Part shown: piece after piece, positions 17,152-27,092 of the stretch
How the letters are laid out: the number at the start of each line of letters is the position of its first letter
How positions within the stretch are numbered: the stretch's first letter is position 1
Source of the DNA: an uncultured virus (IMG/VR IMGVR_UViG_3300010355_001052)
Taxonomy: Duplodnaviria; Heunggongvirae; Uroviricota; Caudoviricetes
DNA: 64,000 bases
Direction: 5' to 3' (one strand)
IMG/VR virus record: IMGVR_UViG_3300010355_001052
The notes under the pieces: generated by a model
Database searches by the model: none
What the model saw: the letters and a program-made list of their open reading frames with translations, nothing else
What the model was told of the DNA's origin: nothing
Position numbers and translations under genes: made by a program

Positions 17152-18246
17152 ATGAGTGCAGAAAAAATTAGTCTCTTCTATAAGGAAGGGAGTTCAGATA
17201 AAGTATATAATCTTGAATTAGTTACAACAGGAAAAACTTGGGATGTAAATTATCAATATGGTAGACGAGGTAGTTCATTAACTACAGGTCAGAAAATTAG
17301 TACTACTGATTATTATAAAGCTAAATTAGCGTATGATAAAATAGTAACTGAAAAAATATCTAAAGGGTATCAAGTCTTTACTAATACTTTTTCACCTTAT
17401 ACACCTTATAATTCTGGTGGTGCAATAGCTCCAACTTCAGAAGATACCGGTATCAGACCACAACTTCTAAATGAAATAGAAGAAGAAGATCTTGAGAAAT
17501 ATATCACTGATGATAATTGGTGTGCACAAGAAAAATTTGATGGTAGAAGAAGACTACTGATTAAACAAGGTACTAAAGTAAAAGGTACTAACCGTAAAGG
17601 ATTAGTTGTTGGTATTACATCTAACATAGAAAATGATTTGCTTAAGTTAGATGTACCTTCTATTATTCTTGATGGTGAAGCTTTTGATGACCGCGTTATG
17701 ATATTTGACTCATTAGGTGAGAATTTACCTTATAAAGAAAGATATCAGAAAATGTTGAATTTACTTAATCAATATGAAGAAAAAAGCATTATCCCGGTAT
17801 CAACAGCTTGGACCACTGAAGACAAAAGAGAATTATTAAAATGTCTTAGAAGATGTAATGCAGAAGGTATTGTATTTAAGAATATACATTCTACATACAA
17901 ACCTGGAAGACCTAACTCAGGTGGTGATCAACTTAAATTCAAATTTGTTACTACAGCATCATGTATTGTAGGTAGAATAAATGCCGGTAAAAGATCTGTT
18001 GCATTAACAGTATATGATTCTGAATTTAAATTGGTTGAAATTGGTAATGTAACCATATATCCTAATCAAGATGTTCCCAAATTGGGAGAAATTGTTGAAG
18101 TAAGATATCTTTATTACTTTGATAAAGGTAGTTTATTTCAACCTGTACTACTAGGTACCGGTGATTGCTCAAGGGATGATATTGATCTAAAAGATTGTTT
18201 ATTATCCAAACTAAAATTAAAAAGACAAGAAGTATTAAGTGAGTAA
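17152..18246 (+). CDS. WGR-domain ATP-dependent DNA ligase
   Basis: N-terminal SDKVY...YGRRG...EKISKGY (WGR-like); ligase motifs QEKFDG, LDGE, EGIVFK, KFK. Confidence 0.85.
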   Translation: MSAEKISLFYKEGSSDKVYNLELVTTGKTWDVNYQYGRRGSSLTTGQKISTTDYYKAKLAYDKIVTEKISKGYQVFTNTFSPYTPYNSGGAIAPTSEDTGIRPQLLNEIEEEDLEKYITDDNWCAQEKFDGRRRLLIKQGTKVKGTNRKGLVVGITSNIENDLLKLDVPSIILDGEAFDDRVMIFDSLGENLPYKERYQKMLNLLNQYEEKSIIPVSTAWTTEDKRELLKCLRRCNAEGIVFKNIHSTYKPGRPNSGGDQLKFKFVTTASCIVGRINAGKRSVALTVYDSEFKLVEIGNVTIYPNQDVPKLGEIVEVRYLYYFDKGSLFQPVLLGTGDCSRDDIDLKDCLLSKLKLKRQEVLSE

Positions 18247-18544
18247 AAAAGAAAAAATATTAGCCGTTTGTAGTCAAATACACTACATAAAATCAGTAAG
18301 TGCAACTAAAGAACCATGTTGTGATTGTGGGATTGAAGTATTTCTTAGTGAAAGTACATTGTTAGCAGTACAGGAAGCACATCCAGATGCAACTAAAGAA
18401 GATTTGCATATTGTATGTATGGAGTGTGCTGTCAAAATAATGAAGAAAACTGAGAGCATTAAGATTCATGAACCAACAGAAAGACAAAAAAAAGAGGTAG
18501 TAACAGCTCTTTTTGAGGTATCTATGTCTAATAGAAAGAATTAG
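18239..18544 (+). CDS. hypothetical zinc-binding protein
   Basis: CCDC and CMEC. Confidence 0.6.
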   Translation: MSKKEKILAVCSQIHYIKSVSATKEPCCDCGIEVFLSESTLLAVQEAHPDATKEDLHIVCMECAVKIMKKTESIKIHEPTERQKKEVVTALFEVSMSNRKN

Positions 18545-18834
18545 AATTTATCATCCTCTATCGTCAACTCTTTATAAGTGATCTTATTTTGAGCCATTGC
18601 TGCTTTCTCAATACTTGCTACTAAAGCAGTAAATAAGTGAACCTGGACTTCATAAAGGTCTTCTGCAGCCTCATTCTTTTTGAGTTTCTCTAGAACTTTT
18701 GTGAAGTCTTCAGGGGATCTTTGTTCACCTAATGCTAGTAAAGTCATTTGAAGTTGTCGTAGGAATGCCCCAGACACTTCAAGATTAATAATAGCACTTG
18801 GTTCAACATTGGGTACTTTGATGGTTCTTGACAT
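18541..18834 (-). CDS. hypothetical protein, lone antisense gene
   Basis: 97 aa; own TAAATTTG element at 18839-18846 on the - strand. Confidence 0.65.
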   Translation of the reverse strand: MSRTIKVPNVEPSAIINLEVSGAFLRQLQMTLLALGEQRSPEDFTKVLEKLKKNEAAEDLYEVQVHLFTALVASIEKAAMAQNKITYKELTIEDDKF

Positions 18835-18863
18835 AATACAAATTTAATAAAATTTTCAATCTT

Positions 18864-19580
18864 ATGAGTGTTTTAGATACAGTTGATCTTGAACAAGTAA
18901 AGTTAAAACTTTATGATAAACTTAAACCTTCTGGGTGGGGTGATAAACTTAAAACATTTATAATGTCTTCAGATTTTGATAGAATTTTAAATCTATTATT
19001 AGCTGAAGCCCGTGATGGTAAAAGGTTTACACCAGGTCTTAAAGATGTTTTTAGAGCTTTTGAAGAGTGTAACTATAAAAGTTTAAAGGTAGTTATATTG
19101 GGACAAGATCCATATCCTACTGCAGGAGTTGCTGATGGAATAGCATTTTCTTGTTCTAAAACTGAAAAGGTACAACCATCTCTAAAGTTTATATTTAAAG
19201 AATTAGAGGATACAGTTTATCCTGGTGGATACAAATGGGATCCGGATCTGAAAAGATGGTCTAATCAAGGAGTATTACTCCTGAATACAGCATTAACTAC
19301 AACTCTTAATAAAGTTGGAGTACATTATGCACTATGGGATAGTTTTATAACTTTTCTCATTGATTTACTAAACTATAACAATCCAGGTTTAGTTTATGTC
19401 TTTATGGGAAAAGTAAGTCAACAATGGATGGAATCAGTTTCTGATACCAATCACAAGTTTATTACTAGTCATCCCGCGTCTGCAGCACATAATCATGATG
19501 AAAAATGGAATTCTAATGATGTGTTCCGGAAAGTCAATCAAGTACTAACTGAAAATAATAACCAAGAAATTATTTGGTAA
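18864..19580 (+). CDS. ung: uracil-DNA glycosylase, family 1
   Basis: GQDPY, GIAFS, QGVLLLN and SHPAS motifs. Confidence 0.95.
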   Translation: MSVLDTVDLEQVKLKLYDKLKPSGWGDKLKTFIMSSDFDRILNLLLAEARDGKRFTPGLKDVFRAFEECNYKSLKVVILGQDPYPTAGVADGIAFSCSKTEKVQPSLKFIFKELEDTVYPGGYKWDPDLKRWSNQGVLLLNTALTTTLNKVGVHYALWDSFITFLIDLLNYNNPGLVYVFMGKVSQQWMESVSDTNHKFITSHPASAAHNHDEKWNSNDVFRKVNQVLTENNNQEIIW

Positions 19581-19963
19581 TGAAAAACATAGATGATTTT
19601 AAAGAACAATCAGGGTCATTATCTGGCTCTTTGACAAAAAGAAAAACAACAGCTAGAAAAAAAGCTGAAAAATCATGGGTTCTACAACGTATGTGGAATT
19701 CAACAGGTGATTTTGCAAAATACAGTCATGGGTATAACCCTAATCCAGTAATTGGTCAGTGGGAAAATACCATACATGAATATATAACACCAAAACAAGC
19801 TCAGAATCAAATGAATAAACAATTAAGAACTCATTTTCATCCGCGCTTTATAAACGGAAGAAGTTGGAGATTGTTTAATGTTGTAACCTTAAAAAGTTTA
19901 AAAGTTACTTTTGATGCTGGAGGTGTTATCATTGAACCAGAGTTAACCCAGGTATTAACCTAA
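19574..19963 (+). CDS. hypothetical protein
   Basis: 129-aa ORF. Confidence 0.55.
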   Translation: MVMKNIDDFKEQSGSLSGSLTKRKTTARKKAEKSWVLQRMWNSTGDFAKYSHGYNPNPVIGQWENTIHEYITPKQAQNQMNKQLRTHFHPRFINGRSWRLFNVVTLKSLKVTFDAGGVIIEPELTQVLT

Positions 19964-20370
19964 TTAACTACAAAATAAACCAAAAGTCCACTGAAAAGAA
20001 CAGAAGTTGATACCCAACCTAGTTTAGTCCATTTAAGCTTACGTTTCTCTTTTTTAAGATCTTCTGTAAGTTTAGTAATCTCATCTTCTTTAAGAAGAAT
20101 GATTTTATCTTTAAACTGTATAATTTGAACTAAGTTATCTATCTCAAGTTGCATGTCATAAATGAGAGTATCTCTGTTAGAGATTTTTACATAGCATTCA
20201 CCTAGTAATGTGTCACAAGTTATACCTTCAATTATTGTAGCTGCAATGTACTGTAATTCAGTTAACCCATAACACCTAACGGTATCTGGATTTTGTTTTC
20301 CAGTTTGTGCGTATGATATTGTCCAACTCTGTAGGAGTAGCATCAGTAAGTATATAGTGTATTTTTTCAC
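19960..20370 (-). CDS. signal peptide, coiled coil and C-terminal TM protein (spanin-like)
   Basis: hydrophobic N-terminus, heptad region, C-terminal TM. Confidence 0.5.
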   Translation of the reverse strand: MKKYTIYLLMLLLQSWTISYAQTGKQNPDTVRCYGLTELQYIAATIIEGITCDTLLGECYVKISNRDTLIYDMQLEIDNLVQIIQFKDKIILLKEDEITKLTEDLKKEKRKLKWTKLGWVSTSVLFSGLLVYFVVN

Positions 20371-20608
20371 GGGTTCTGTTTATTACTTGTGGGTCAATAT
20401 TGAGTAAGCTATCATATGCTTTTTGGATACTATCCTGACGTATATGACTTAATTCAATATTCTTTTGTAGTAAAAGTACTGAATCTTTGTAAATCTGTTC
20501 TTGATTACTTACTTCAATTATTTCAGGCTTTCTAAATATTAGAATAGCTGATAATACAATGATTATCAAGAATAAAACACTGTATGCTATGATATTAGCT
20601 CTGCTCAT
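20276..20608 (-). CDS. N-terminal TM plus coiled-coil protein (i-spanin-like)
   Basis: single TM then helical region; overlaps the downstream gene. Confidence 0.5.
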   Translation of the reverse strand: MSRANIIAYSVLFLIIIVLSAILIFRKPEIIEVSNQEQIYKDSVLLLQKNIELSHIRQDSIQKAYDSLLNIDPQVINRTREKIHYILTDATPTELDNIIRTNWKTKSRYR

Positions 20609-20882
20609 CAGGAGTTGTTTCAGGAGATTCTATTTTTCTTTCTTGTATATTACCTGCAGTATAGGTAATTACAAGGGCAGTAATTAGACCACCGTGAATA
20701 CCTAATACCGGAACTAGATTTGCTTGATCAGTATATCTGAAACTAAGGGTAGCCATAATCCAATAAAATCCAACAGCTAACCATTTACGGAGACTGTGAC
20801 CAGACTTCTTATTGTTCATTGCATCTAAGAAATCTGTCAGGAATTTAAATGTTTCTGGTAATTTAACTTTAAGTTTGCTCAT
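20595..20882 (-). CDS. small two-TM membrane protein (holin-like)
   Basis: SLRKW followed by two TM segments and a charged tail. Confidence 0.5.
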   Translation of the reverse strand: MSKLKVKLPETFKFLTDFLDAMNNKKSGHSLRKWLAVGFYWIMATLSFRYTDQANLVPVLGIHGGLITALVITYTAGNIQERKIESPETTPDEQS

Positions 20883-20920
20883 ACACTAATATAGTAAATT
20901 TAGTTTAAAAATCAAAATTT

Positions 20921-21409
20921 ATGCGCGTATCAGATACTGAGAAACAGGAAGAAAAGATAGAAGAATACATATTACAGTTTCAAAAAAGCTTTTTTAAACA
21001 ATTTGGTATTGTACCTAGAGTTATCTATACTTTAGGGTCTTATAAAATACCAACATTAACTCTCAAGGAGTTTGAAAAAGCTGGTAATATTGTAATGCAT
21101 AGTTATCCAGAGCTTAAGTATGTACCAAATATTAAATACGTATGCCGAAAGAGGAACCTTGTTTTAATTAGACAATGCTTATTTAGTCTAGCCTTTGATC
21201 AAGGATATTCTTTACAAAAAATTGGCACCTATTTTAACGGTAAAGACCATGCTACGGTACATTATGGTAAAAAAACATTCAATAACTTATTAGCTACCAA
21301 TAATATGGATGCTTTAAGTGTACTAAAAAAAGTTCAAGATGCAATTAAAAACAAATATGGAAATGATGAAAATGTTCCAGTTGATCTCAGACCAGTGTCT
21401 GAGTCCTAA
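20921..21409 (+). CDS. protein with a DnaA C-terminal (domain IV)-like HTH
   Basis: RKRNLVLIRQ...SLQKIGTYFNGKDHATVHYG matches the DnaA domain IV pattern. Confidence 0.75.
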   Translation: MRVSDTEKQEEKIEEYILQFQKSFFKQFGIVPRVIYTLGSYKIPTLTLKEFEKAGNIVMHSYPELKYVPNIKYVCRKRNLVLIRQCLFSLAFDQGYSLQKIGTYFNGKDHATVHYGKKTFNNLLATNNMDALSVLKKVQDAIKNKYGNDENVPVDLRPVSES

Positions 21410-21950
21410 TCAGTTTTATCTATTGTCATGTATCAGAGAAAAAGTTCTTAGTGTGCATATTAATATTCATCAGGAAACTAGATCCTTAAAAGTAGATCAA
21501 TGGTTAACAGAAGACAATAAGTTAACTGAAAAATCTATTGCTCTACTACAAGAAGTTGACACCTATTTTAAAGTTCAAAAGAAGAAGGTTAATACACAAG
21601 TTTTAGGTACTGAAGCTAATGCTCATATTCAGGCTTATGTTGAATTATTTCCTAGGATTAAACTCCCTAGTGGTAAAGCAGCTAGAACTGATAAAAACAA
21701 CCTAGAAATTGCCTTTAAATGGTTCTTTGAAAACTATAAATATTCTTGGGAAATTATTCTAAAAGCTTCAGCACTTTATGTTGATGAATACGAAAAAAAG
21801 AACTATCTTTATATGCAAACTTCACAGTACTTTATTAGAAAACAAAACACCGATAAAACTTGGGGATCTGAGTTAGCAAATTGGTGTTCTGTCGTAGAGA
21901 ACGGTGACATGCAAATAGAAGATAACCATTTCTCTGAGAAGGTAGTCTAA
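21339..21950 (+). CDS. putative replication initiation/organizer protein
   Basis: 203 aa; lies between the DnaA-like HTH gene and DnaB; start uncertain. Confidence 0.5.
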   Translation: MQLKTNMEMMKMFQLISDQCLSPNQFYLLSCIREKVLSVHINIHQETRSLKVDQWLTEDNKLTEKSIALLQEVDTYFKVQKKKVNTQVLGTEANAHIQAYVELFPRIKLPSGKAARTDKNNLEIAFKWFFENYKYSWEIILKASALYVDEYEKKNYLYMQTSQYFIRKQNTDKTWGSELANWCSVVENGDMQIEDNHFSEKVV

Positions 21951-21969
21951 TTAATTAAATTTTAATGTA

Positions 21970-22995
21970 ATGACTAGTAAACCAAAGGCTTGGAAAAGCC
22001 AACGTGATGGTTTTAGGGAATCTCTTTCCTATATGCAAGGGAGAATGAAGGGAGAAATAACTAGTATAAAAACTCCTTGGGCCAAGTGGAATGATGCATC
22101 AACTGACGGAATAGAGTGGCATACTGTAACTGTAATTGGAGGTAGACCAGGTTCTGGAAAAACTCTTATTAAAGATCAAATAATCAGAGAAGCTTTTAAG
22201 CTGAATCCTGGTAATGATTTTAGAGTATTAGAATTTCAGTTTGAGATGTTAGCTAGAGCTTCCGCAATTAGAGAGTATTCTAGTCATTTAGGAAGAACAT
22301 ATAAGTATTTATGTAGTGCTGATGGTAAACTTACAGAAAAAGAATTAGTTGCCTGTTATGAGTATGCTAAAGAAAGAGTAAAGTTTCCTATTGATATTGT
22401 AGAAGAACCATGTACTGTACATGAGTTTATTGAAATTATCAAAGCTTACATGGAAGAGCATGCTACAATGGAATTACCTAAAGAAGTTGATGCTACTGCA
22501 CCGGCTCCAGATAAAGTAAAAGTTTATAAAAAGACTATTATTTCATTAGATCATACAATCTTGCTTAGAAAGGCTTCTTATGAAAAAGACAAAATGGATA
22601 CCTTATATGCATTAGGTGAAGCATTAACTTCTCTTAAAAGGATATACCCAATTGCCTTTATTATACTAAGTCAGCTCAACCGTAATATTGATAACCCAGA
22701 GAGAGCTGAAAATGGTAAGTACGGTAACTATGTACTTGAATCTGATTTCTTTGGTGCAGATGCAATGTTACAGCATGCTGATATGTTAGTAGGTCTTAAT
22801 AGACCAGGTAAACATAAAATCAACTTTTATGGACCGGATAGGTACATTATAGAAGATGATAAAGTTTTAGTAATTCATTTTATTAAATGTAGAAATGGTG
22901 ATACAAGAATGAGTTTCTTCAAAGCAGAATTTGAGAAAATGAGAATCTCAGAAATGGCAACACCACCAATGGCTGATAAACGATTAAAAACATGA
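21970..22995 (+). CDS. dnaB: DnaB-like replicative helicase
   Basis: GGRPGSGKT, FEM, ILSQLNR, QHAD and KCRNG motifs. Confidence 0.9.
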   Translation: MTSKPKAWKSQRDGFRESLSYMQGRMKGEITSIKTPWAKWNDASTDGIEWHTVTVIGGRPGSGKTLIKDQIIREAFKLNPGNDFRVLEFQFEMLARASAIREYSSHLGRTYKYLCSADGKLTEKELVACYEYAKERVKFPIDIVEEPCTVHEFIEIIKAYMEEHATMELPKEVDATAPAPDKVKVYKKTIISLDHTILLRKASYEKDKMDTLYALGEALTSLKRIYPIAFIILSQLNRNIDNPERAENGKYGNYVLESDFFGADAMLQHADMLVGLNRPGKHKINFYGPDRYIIEDDKVLVIHFIKCRNGDTRMSFFKAEFEKMRISEMATPPMADKRLKT

Positions 22996-23525
22996 GTCTA
23001 ACAACTGACACCCCTGACAACAGAAGGGAAAAACTAAAAAAACTGAGAGAACATCATCAACATCTCTTAGATAAATTAGGTGTTCCTGATGCTGTTTTTA
23101 TACCTAAGATGGCATATCGCCCTTATGGTAAAAGTGAAATACATATTTCATTTTTCTTAAGTGAAATAAATAAAGGTGAAGATATTTATACTGAATTTAC
23201 CAGTAAAGAATTAGTATCTGAGGATCCAACAAGAACTCTATATAAATGGAAATTTAATCCCCATTTTGAAGAAGAGTATGATAAAACTGATCCGCACCCG
23301 TCTTCTGGACATATAAGGTATTTAATACCTGTTGGAGAATTAGTTCCTATTAAAGAAGATAAAATTGAAAGTGTTAAGGAGGAAAAACAAGCTGAATTAA
23401 AGTTTGATATTCCAGATCCTGAAAGTGATTTACCGGTTAGCCAAATGACCATTAGAGATCTTGCGGCTATTCTTTTAAAGAAACCGGTAAGTAACAAAAA
23501 ATGGCTTAATAAATTAATCGAATAA
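22992..23525 (+). CDS. conserved hypothetical protein
   Basis: 177 aa; ATGA overlap with dnaB. Confidence 0.7.
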   Translation: MSLTTDTPDNRREKLKKLREHHQHLLDKLGVPDAVFIPKMAYRPYGKSEIHISFFLSEINKGEDIYTEFTSKELVSEDPTRTLYKWKFNPHFEEEYDKTDPHPSSGHIRYLIPVGELVPIKEDKIESVKEEKQAELKFDIPDPESDLPVSQMTIRDLAAILLKKPVSNKKWLNKLIE

Positions 23526-23527
23526 TC

Positions 23528-24953
23528 ATGGAAGAAAACAAGTTAGCAGCAGTAAATGAAGAAGAAAAAATGAGAACTACTAATTTTCTTATGACCTTAA
23601 TTGAGTCAAAGAAATTACCAGCTCATATTAAAAACGTTGAAGAAGCGTTTACTATTGCCCAAATGGGTAAAGAACTAGGCTTTCCTACAATGCAAGCCTT
23701 CCATTACATTATCCCTATCCAGGGAAAACTAAGCCTAAGTGCAAAAGCAGTTGGCGCGTTACTAAGAAAAGGTGGCGTAAAATATAGCACAAGAGAAGAT
23801 GGTGTTTATGTTTATAAAGATGGTTCTACCAGCGATATTCTTAAAGCTGATGAAAAACCAATAGACAGAAGAACAACCATTATTTTTTACAGAGAAAATA
23901 TAGAGGAGATCTGCAGTTTCACATGGAAAGATGCTGAACTACAAGGTCTTACGACAAAAGATAATTGGAAAAGAATGCCTAAATAGCTTGGGCATGTAAA
24001 ACTGGGTGAACTGTCTGGAAGGCTAAGTCAGAAATGATAAGTTAATCAGCAGCCAAACTACTAAAGATCATAAAGTAAGTAGGAGGTTCAACGCATAGAT
24101 GGTGAGTAGATCACACAATAATCCATCCACGAGTGCCCAGTACATAGATTATGGCATTTCAGAAATAAATACTATCTTTGTAAGATGGAAATAGAAATCT
24201 GGAAGCCTTTAAAAGATTATGAAGGATTATATGAAGTAAGTAACATGGGTAGAGTTAGATCATTAATAAAACGTGGTAATGCAAAACAAAAAATCAGAAA
24301 AACTGGTTTTGATATTCGCACAGGTTATATTACGGTTCAACTTACAAAAAACAACAAACCTCTAACTAAAAGAGTACATAGATTTGTTGCTGAAACCTTT
24401 GTACCAAACCCAATGAATAAACCTGTTGTAAACCACATTGATGGTAATAAAAAAAACAATAAAGGTTCTAACTTGGAATGGATGACTTATTCAGAAAATA
24501 CTTTACATTCTTTTAAAAATGGACTTCAAAAAAAGATTTTTGGTGATTATAATTATATCACTAAAATTAAAACACAGGATGTTCTCAAAATAAGAGAGCT
24601 AATTAATTTAGGTAAAACTAATAGGGAGATAGCCAAAATATATGGTGTAAATCCATCTCAGATATCTAGAATTAAAACTGGTAAAAGAAGAAAAGAGCTA
24701 TGTAATGATATATGCTGAACTTATGGGAAACCATAAGAACCGGAGAATAAAAAGTCACCGGGGTAACAAATTGAAGGAAATGCTTTTTGCAAGATGTCTT
24801 GCTAAAGGATCTAATAGGATTGGTCCAGATTTATTATTAGGTTTGTATACTACTGAAGAATTAGCTGATACCTTCATTAAAAATGAAAGTCAGATCAAAA
24901 GACATGAAGATGGTACAATAGCGGAAATAATTTTAGATCAGGAGAATAACTAA
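23528..24953 (+). CDS. RecT/Red-beta-like single-strand annealing protein, spliced (exons 23528-23980 and 24774-24953, 210 aa)
   Basis: splicing restores KDNWKRMP-KEMLFARCLAK...GLYTTEEL in frame. Confidence 0.75.
23981..24773 (+). mobile_element. group I intron (793 nt) carrying an HNH endonuclease
   Basis: P1 ATGCCT/GGGCAT with U-G at the 5' splice site; AATCAGCAGCC; P3 ACTGGGTG/TGCCCAGT; P7 GCATA/TATGC; terminal G at 24773. Confidence 0.85.
24185..24718 (+). CDS. intron-encoded NUMOD4-HNH homing endonuclease
   Basis: EIWKP...YEVSNMGRVRS; VHRFVA...VNHIDGNKKNN...NLEW; C-terminal HTH. Confidence 0.92.
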   Translation: MEIEIWKPLKDYEGLYEVSNMGRVRSLIKRGNAKQKIRKTGFDIRTGYITVQLTKNNKPLTKRVHRFVAETFVPNPMNKPVVNHIDGNKKNNKGSNLEWMTYSENTLHSFKNGLQKKIFGDYNYITKIKTQDVLKIRELINLGKTNREIAKIYGVNPSQISRIKTGKRRKELCNDIC

Positions 24954-24971
24954 CAATTTAATTAAATCAAA

Positions 24972-25619
24972 ATGAGTAATTTAAGTACAGACGATGTAAA
25001 AATTGGTGGTAGTAATATACCAAAAACATTACAACCAGGTAATGTAGTATGTAAGATTAATAGTATTGAACTTGAACCTTTCAAATTTAAAGAAGGAGCT
25101 TATCATGTTGTACTTAATCTTGAAGGTCCAGATATGGGTAAAGATTTTGAAGGATTTTTCATAGATAATGAAGATCATTCTAAAGGTCGCCATAAAGGAC
25201 AAGTTGGAAAAGTTAAAGCTAGTCAATGGGCTTTTGCTAATGGTACCACTAAAACAGGAATTGAAATAACTCGCGATTCTGAGATTTTAAAGTTTATTAA
25301 AAACCTATGCAATGCACTAGGTATTGAAGGCAGATCTGGAGAAACAATTGAAGATCTGGTAAGTAAATTCAATGATGAAAAACCTTTTGCTGGTAAAACA
25401 ATAGAATATTGTATTGCTGGTAAAGAATACCTTAACAAAGGTGGTTACATGAATTATGAATTATTCCTTCCTAAATACAGTAAAGCTGGAGCTCAATTTG
25501 GAACATCTAATGTTGTCAAATTTAATCCGGAAGAACATATTATTAAGAAAAAAGTTGAGAATGTATCTGAATTTGATACACCTGATGCTCCGGCTGCAGG
25601 CAATGACTTCTTAATGTAA
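24972..25619 (+). CDS. putative single-stranded DNA-binding protein
   Basis: located between annealing protein and primase; acidic tail ending DFLM. Confidence 0.45.
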   Translation: MSNLSTDDVKIGGSNIPKTLQPGNVVCKINSIELEPFKFKEGAYHVVLNLEGPDMGKDFEGFFIDNEDHSKGRHKGQVGKVKASQWAFANGTTKTGIEITRDSEILKFIKNLCNALGIEGRSGETIEDLVSKFNDEKPFAGKTIEYCIAGKEYLNKGGYMNYELFLPKYSKAGAQFGTSNVVKFNPEEHIIKKKVENVSEFDTPDAPAAGNDFLM

Positions 25620-25638
25620 GAACACAATTATTTATTAT

Positions 25639-25670
25639 AAAGGTGGGTATATTATATATCCACCTTTTTT
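25639..25670 (+). terminator. intrinsic terminator
   Basis: AAAGGTGGGTATA/TATATCCACCTTT plus T-run. Confidence 0.7.
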
Positions 25671-25680
25671 ATTTACTCAT

Positions 25681-26670
25681 ATGTTAAGTACAAAATCATT
25701 AATATCAGAATTAAGTGAAATACCAAGAGAATGGGTTTTTGAGTTTTATCTAAAACTAGATGAAAGATTATGTGGCCAAGATGTGAGAATAAAATCCCCA
25801 TTTAACCCATCAGATAAAAACCCATCATTCTATGTTCACTTTTCTAGAAGTTTGAATAAGTATATTTTTAAAGACTTTTCAACTGATAAAAAAGGAGATG
25901 GAATAACCTTAGTACAATCTCTTTTAGATTTAAGTACAAGAGGTGAAGCAGCATACAAAGTAATTTCAGATTATAACCAATTTATCCTTAATAATAATGA
26001 GGATTATAGTCTAAGAGATTTTAAAATTCAACAAAAGTATAAAGTAACTGATTGGAAAGTTGGAAACTGGACTAATGTTGATCAAAAATATTGGACTAAG
26101 TTCCATATAGGTTCTAAACTGTTAGAACAATATAATGTAAAACCACTTGACTCATATAAAATGACCAAGGAAGAAGATGGTAAATTACATGAACTTGAAA
26201 TTAAAGGTAAATACTGTATCTATGGTTATTTTAGATCTGACGGTTCCCTTTATAAAATCTATCAACCTTTAGTTAAAGACAATAAATTTATTAAAGTCAA
26301 AGACTATATCCAAGGTACGGATCAGTTAAATTACGCTTCAGAATATTTAGTAATTCTAAGTTCACTTAAAGATATTTTAGGGTTTAAGAAATTAGGTTAC
26401 ACCGGTATTGAAGCAATTGCTCCAGATAGTGAAAACAATCTTATTCCAAGTAATGTAATGACTTCCTATAAATTAAAATTTAAAGGAATCTGTACTTTAT
26501 TTGATAATGATAAAGCAGGTATTGAAGCAATGCAAAAATATACTGATAAGTATCAAGTTAAAGGTATTGTATTACCTCTATCTAAAGATCTTACTGATTC
26601 CATGAAAGATCATGGTCTTAGTAAAGTAAAAACAGAATTGAATAATTTACTAAAAGAAGCATTAACATGA
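25681..26670 (+). CDS. DNA primase (TOPRIM)
   Basis: SPF...DKNPSF...FKDF N-terminal domain; FDNDKAG and KDLTD. Confidence 0.85.
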   Translation: MLSTKSLISELSEIPREWVFEFYLKLDERLCGQDVRIKSPFNPSDKNPSFYVHFSRSLNKYIFKDFSTDKKGDGITLVQSLLDLSTRGEAAYKVISDYNQFILNNNEDYSLRDFKIQQKYKVTDWKVGNWTNVDQKYWTKFHIGSKLLEQYNVKPLDSYKMTKEEDGKLHELEIKGKYCIYGYFRSDGSLYKIYQPLVKDNKFIKVKDYIQGTDQLNYASEYLVILSSLKDILGFKKLGYTGIEAIAPDSENNLIPSNVMTSYKLKFKGICTLFDNDKAGIEAMQKYTDKYQVKGIVLPLSKDLTDSMKDHGLSKVKTELNNLLKEALT

Positions 26671-27092
26671 GTTGGATTTATAACGGTGTTGTCTTTACAG
26701 ATGAAATGATACCAGATGGTGCAGTAGGATTTATTTATGAAATGTCTACTATACTAAATGGTCAATCATATTCATATGTAGGTAAGAAAAACTTCCATGC
26801 TAGTATCAAGAAGAAGATTGGTAAAAAAGCTATGCCTACTGATAAAAGAATGAAAAAATACACCAGGGTAAGTAAAGCTTCTTATCAAAATTATTACAGT
26901 AGTAATGAAACTCTTAAGAAAGCCCATAAAGATGGTAACTTAATTAAAAGAACAATACTTAAAATATGCTTTAGTAAAACTGAACTTACCTATAACGAGG
27001 TAAAGTATCAGTTTACTTTAGGTGTATTAGAGAATGACCGTTATTTAAATGGTAATATTCTTGGTAGATTTTACAAACAAAATAAAATATGA
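26667..27092 (+). CDS. short GIY-YIG-family nuclease
   Basis: GFIY...YVGKK; YYSS; conserved E and NGNI. Confidence 0.65.
   Translation: MSWIYNGVVFTDEMIPDGAVGFIYEMSTILNGQSYSYVGKKNFHASIKKKIGKKAMPTDKRMKKYTRVSKASYQNYYSSNETLKKAHKDGNLIKRTILKICFSKTELTYNEVKYQFTLGVLENDRYLNGNILGRFYKQNKI

Noticed and set aside
24705..24773. Independent 82-aa ORF starting at 24705
   Set aside because: Its first 23 codons are intron P7-P9 sequence; the remainder is exon 2 of the annealing protein
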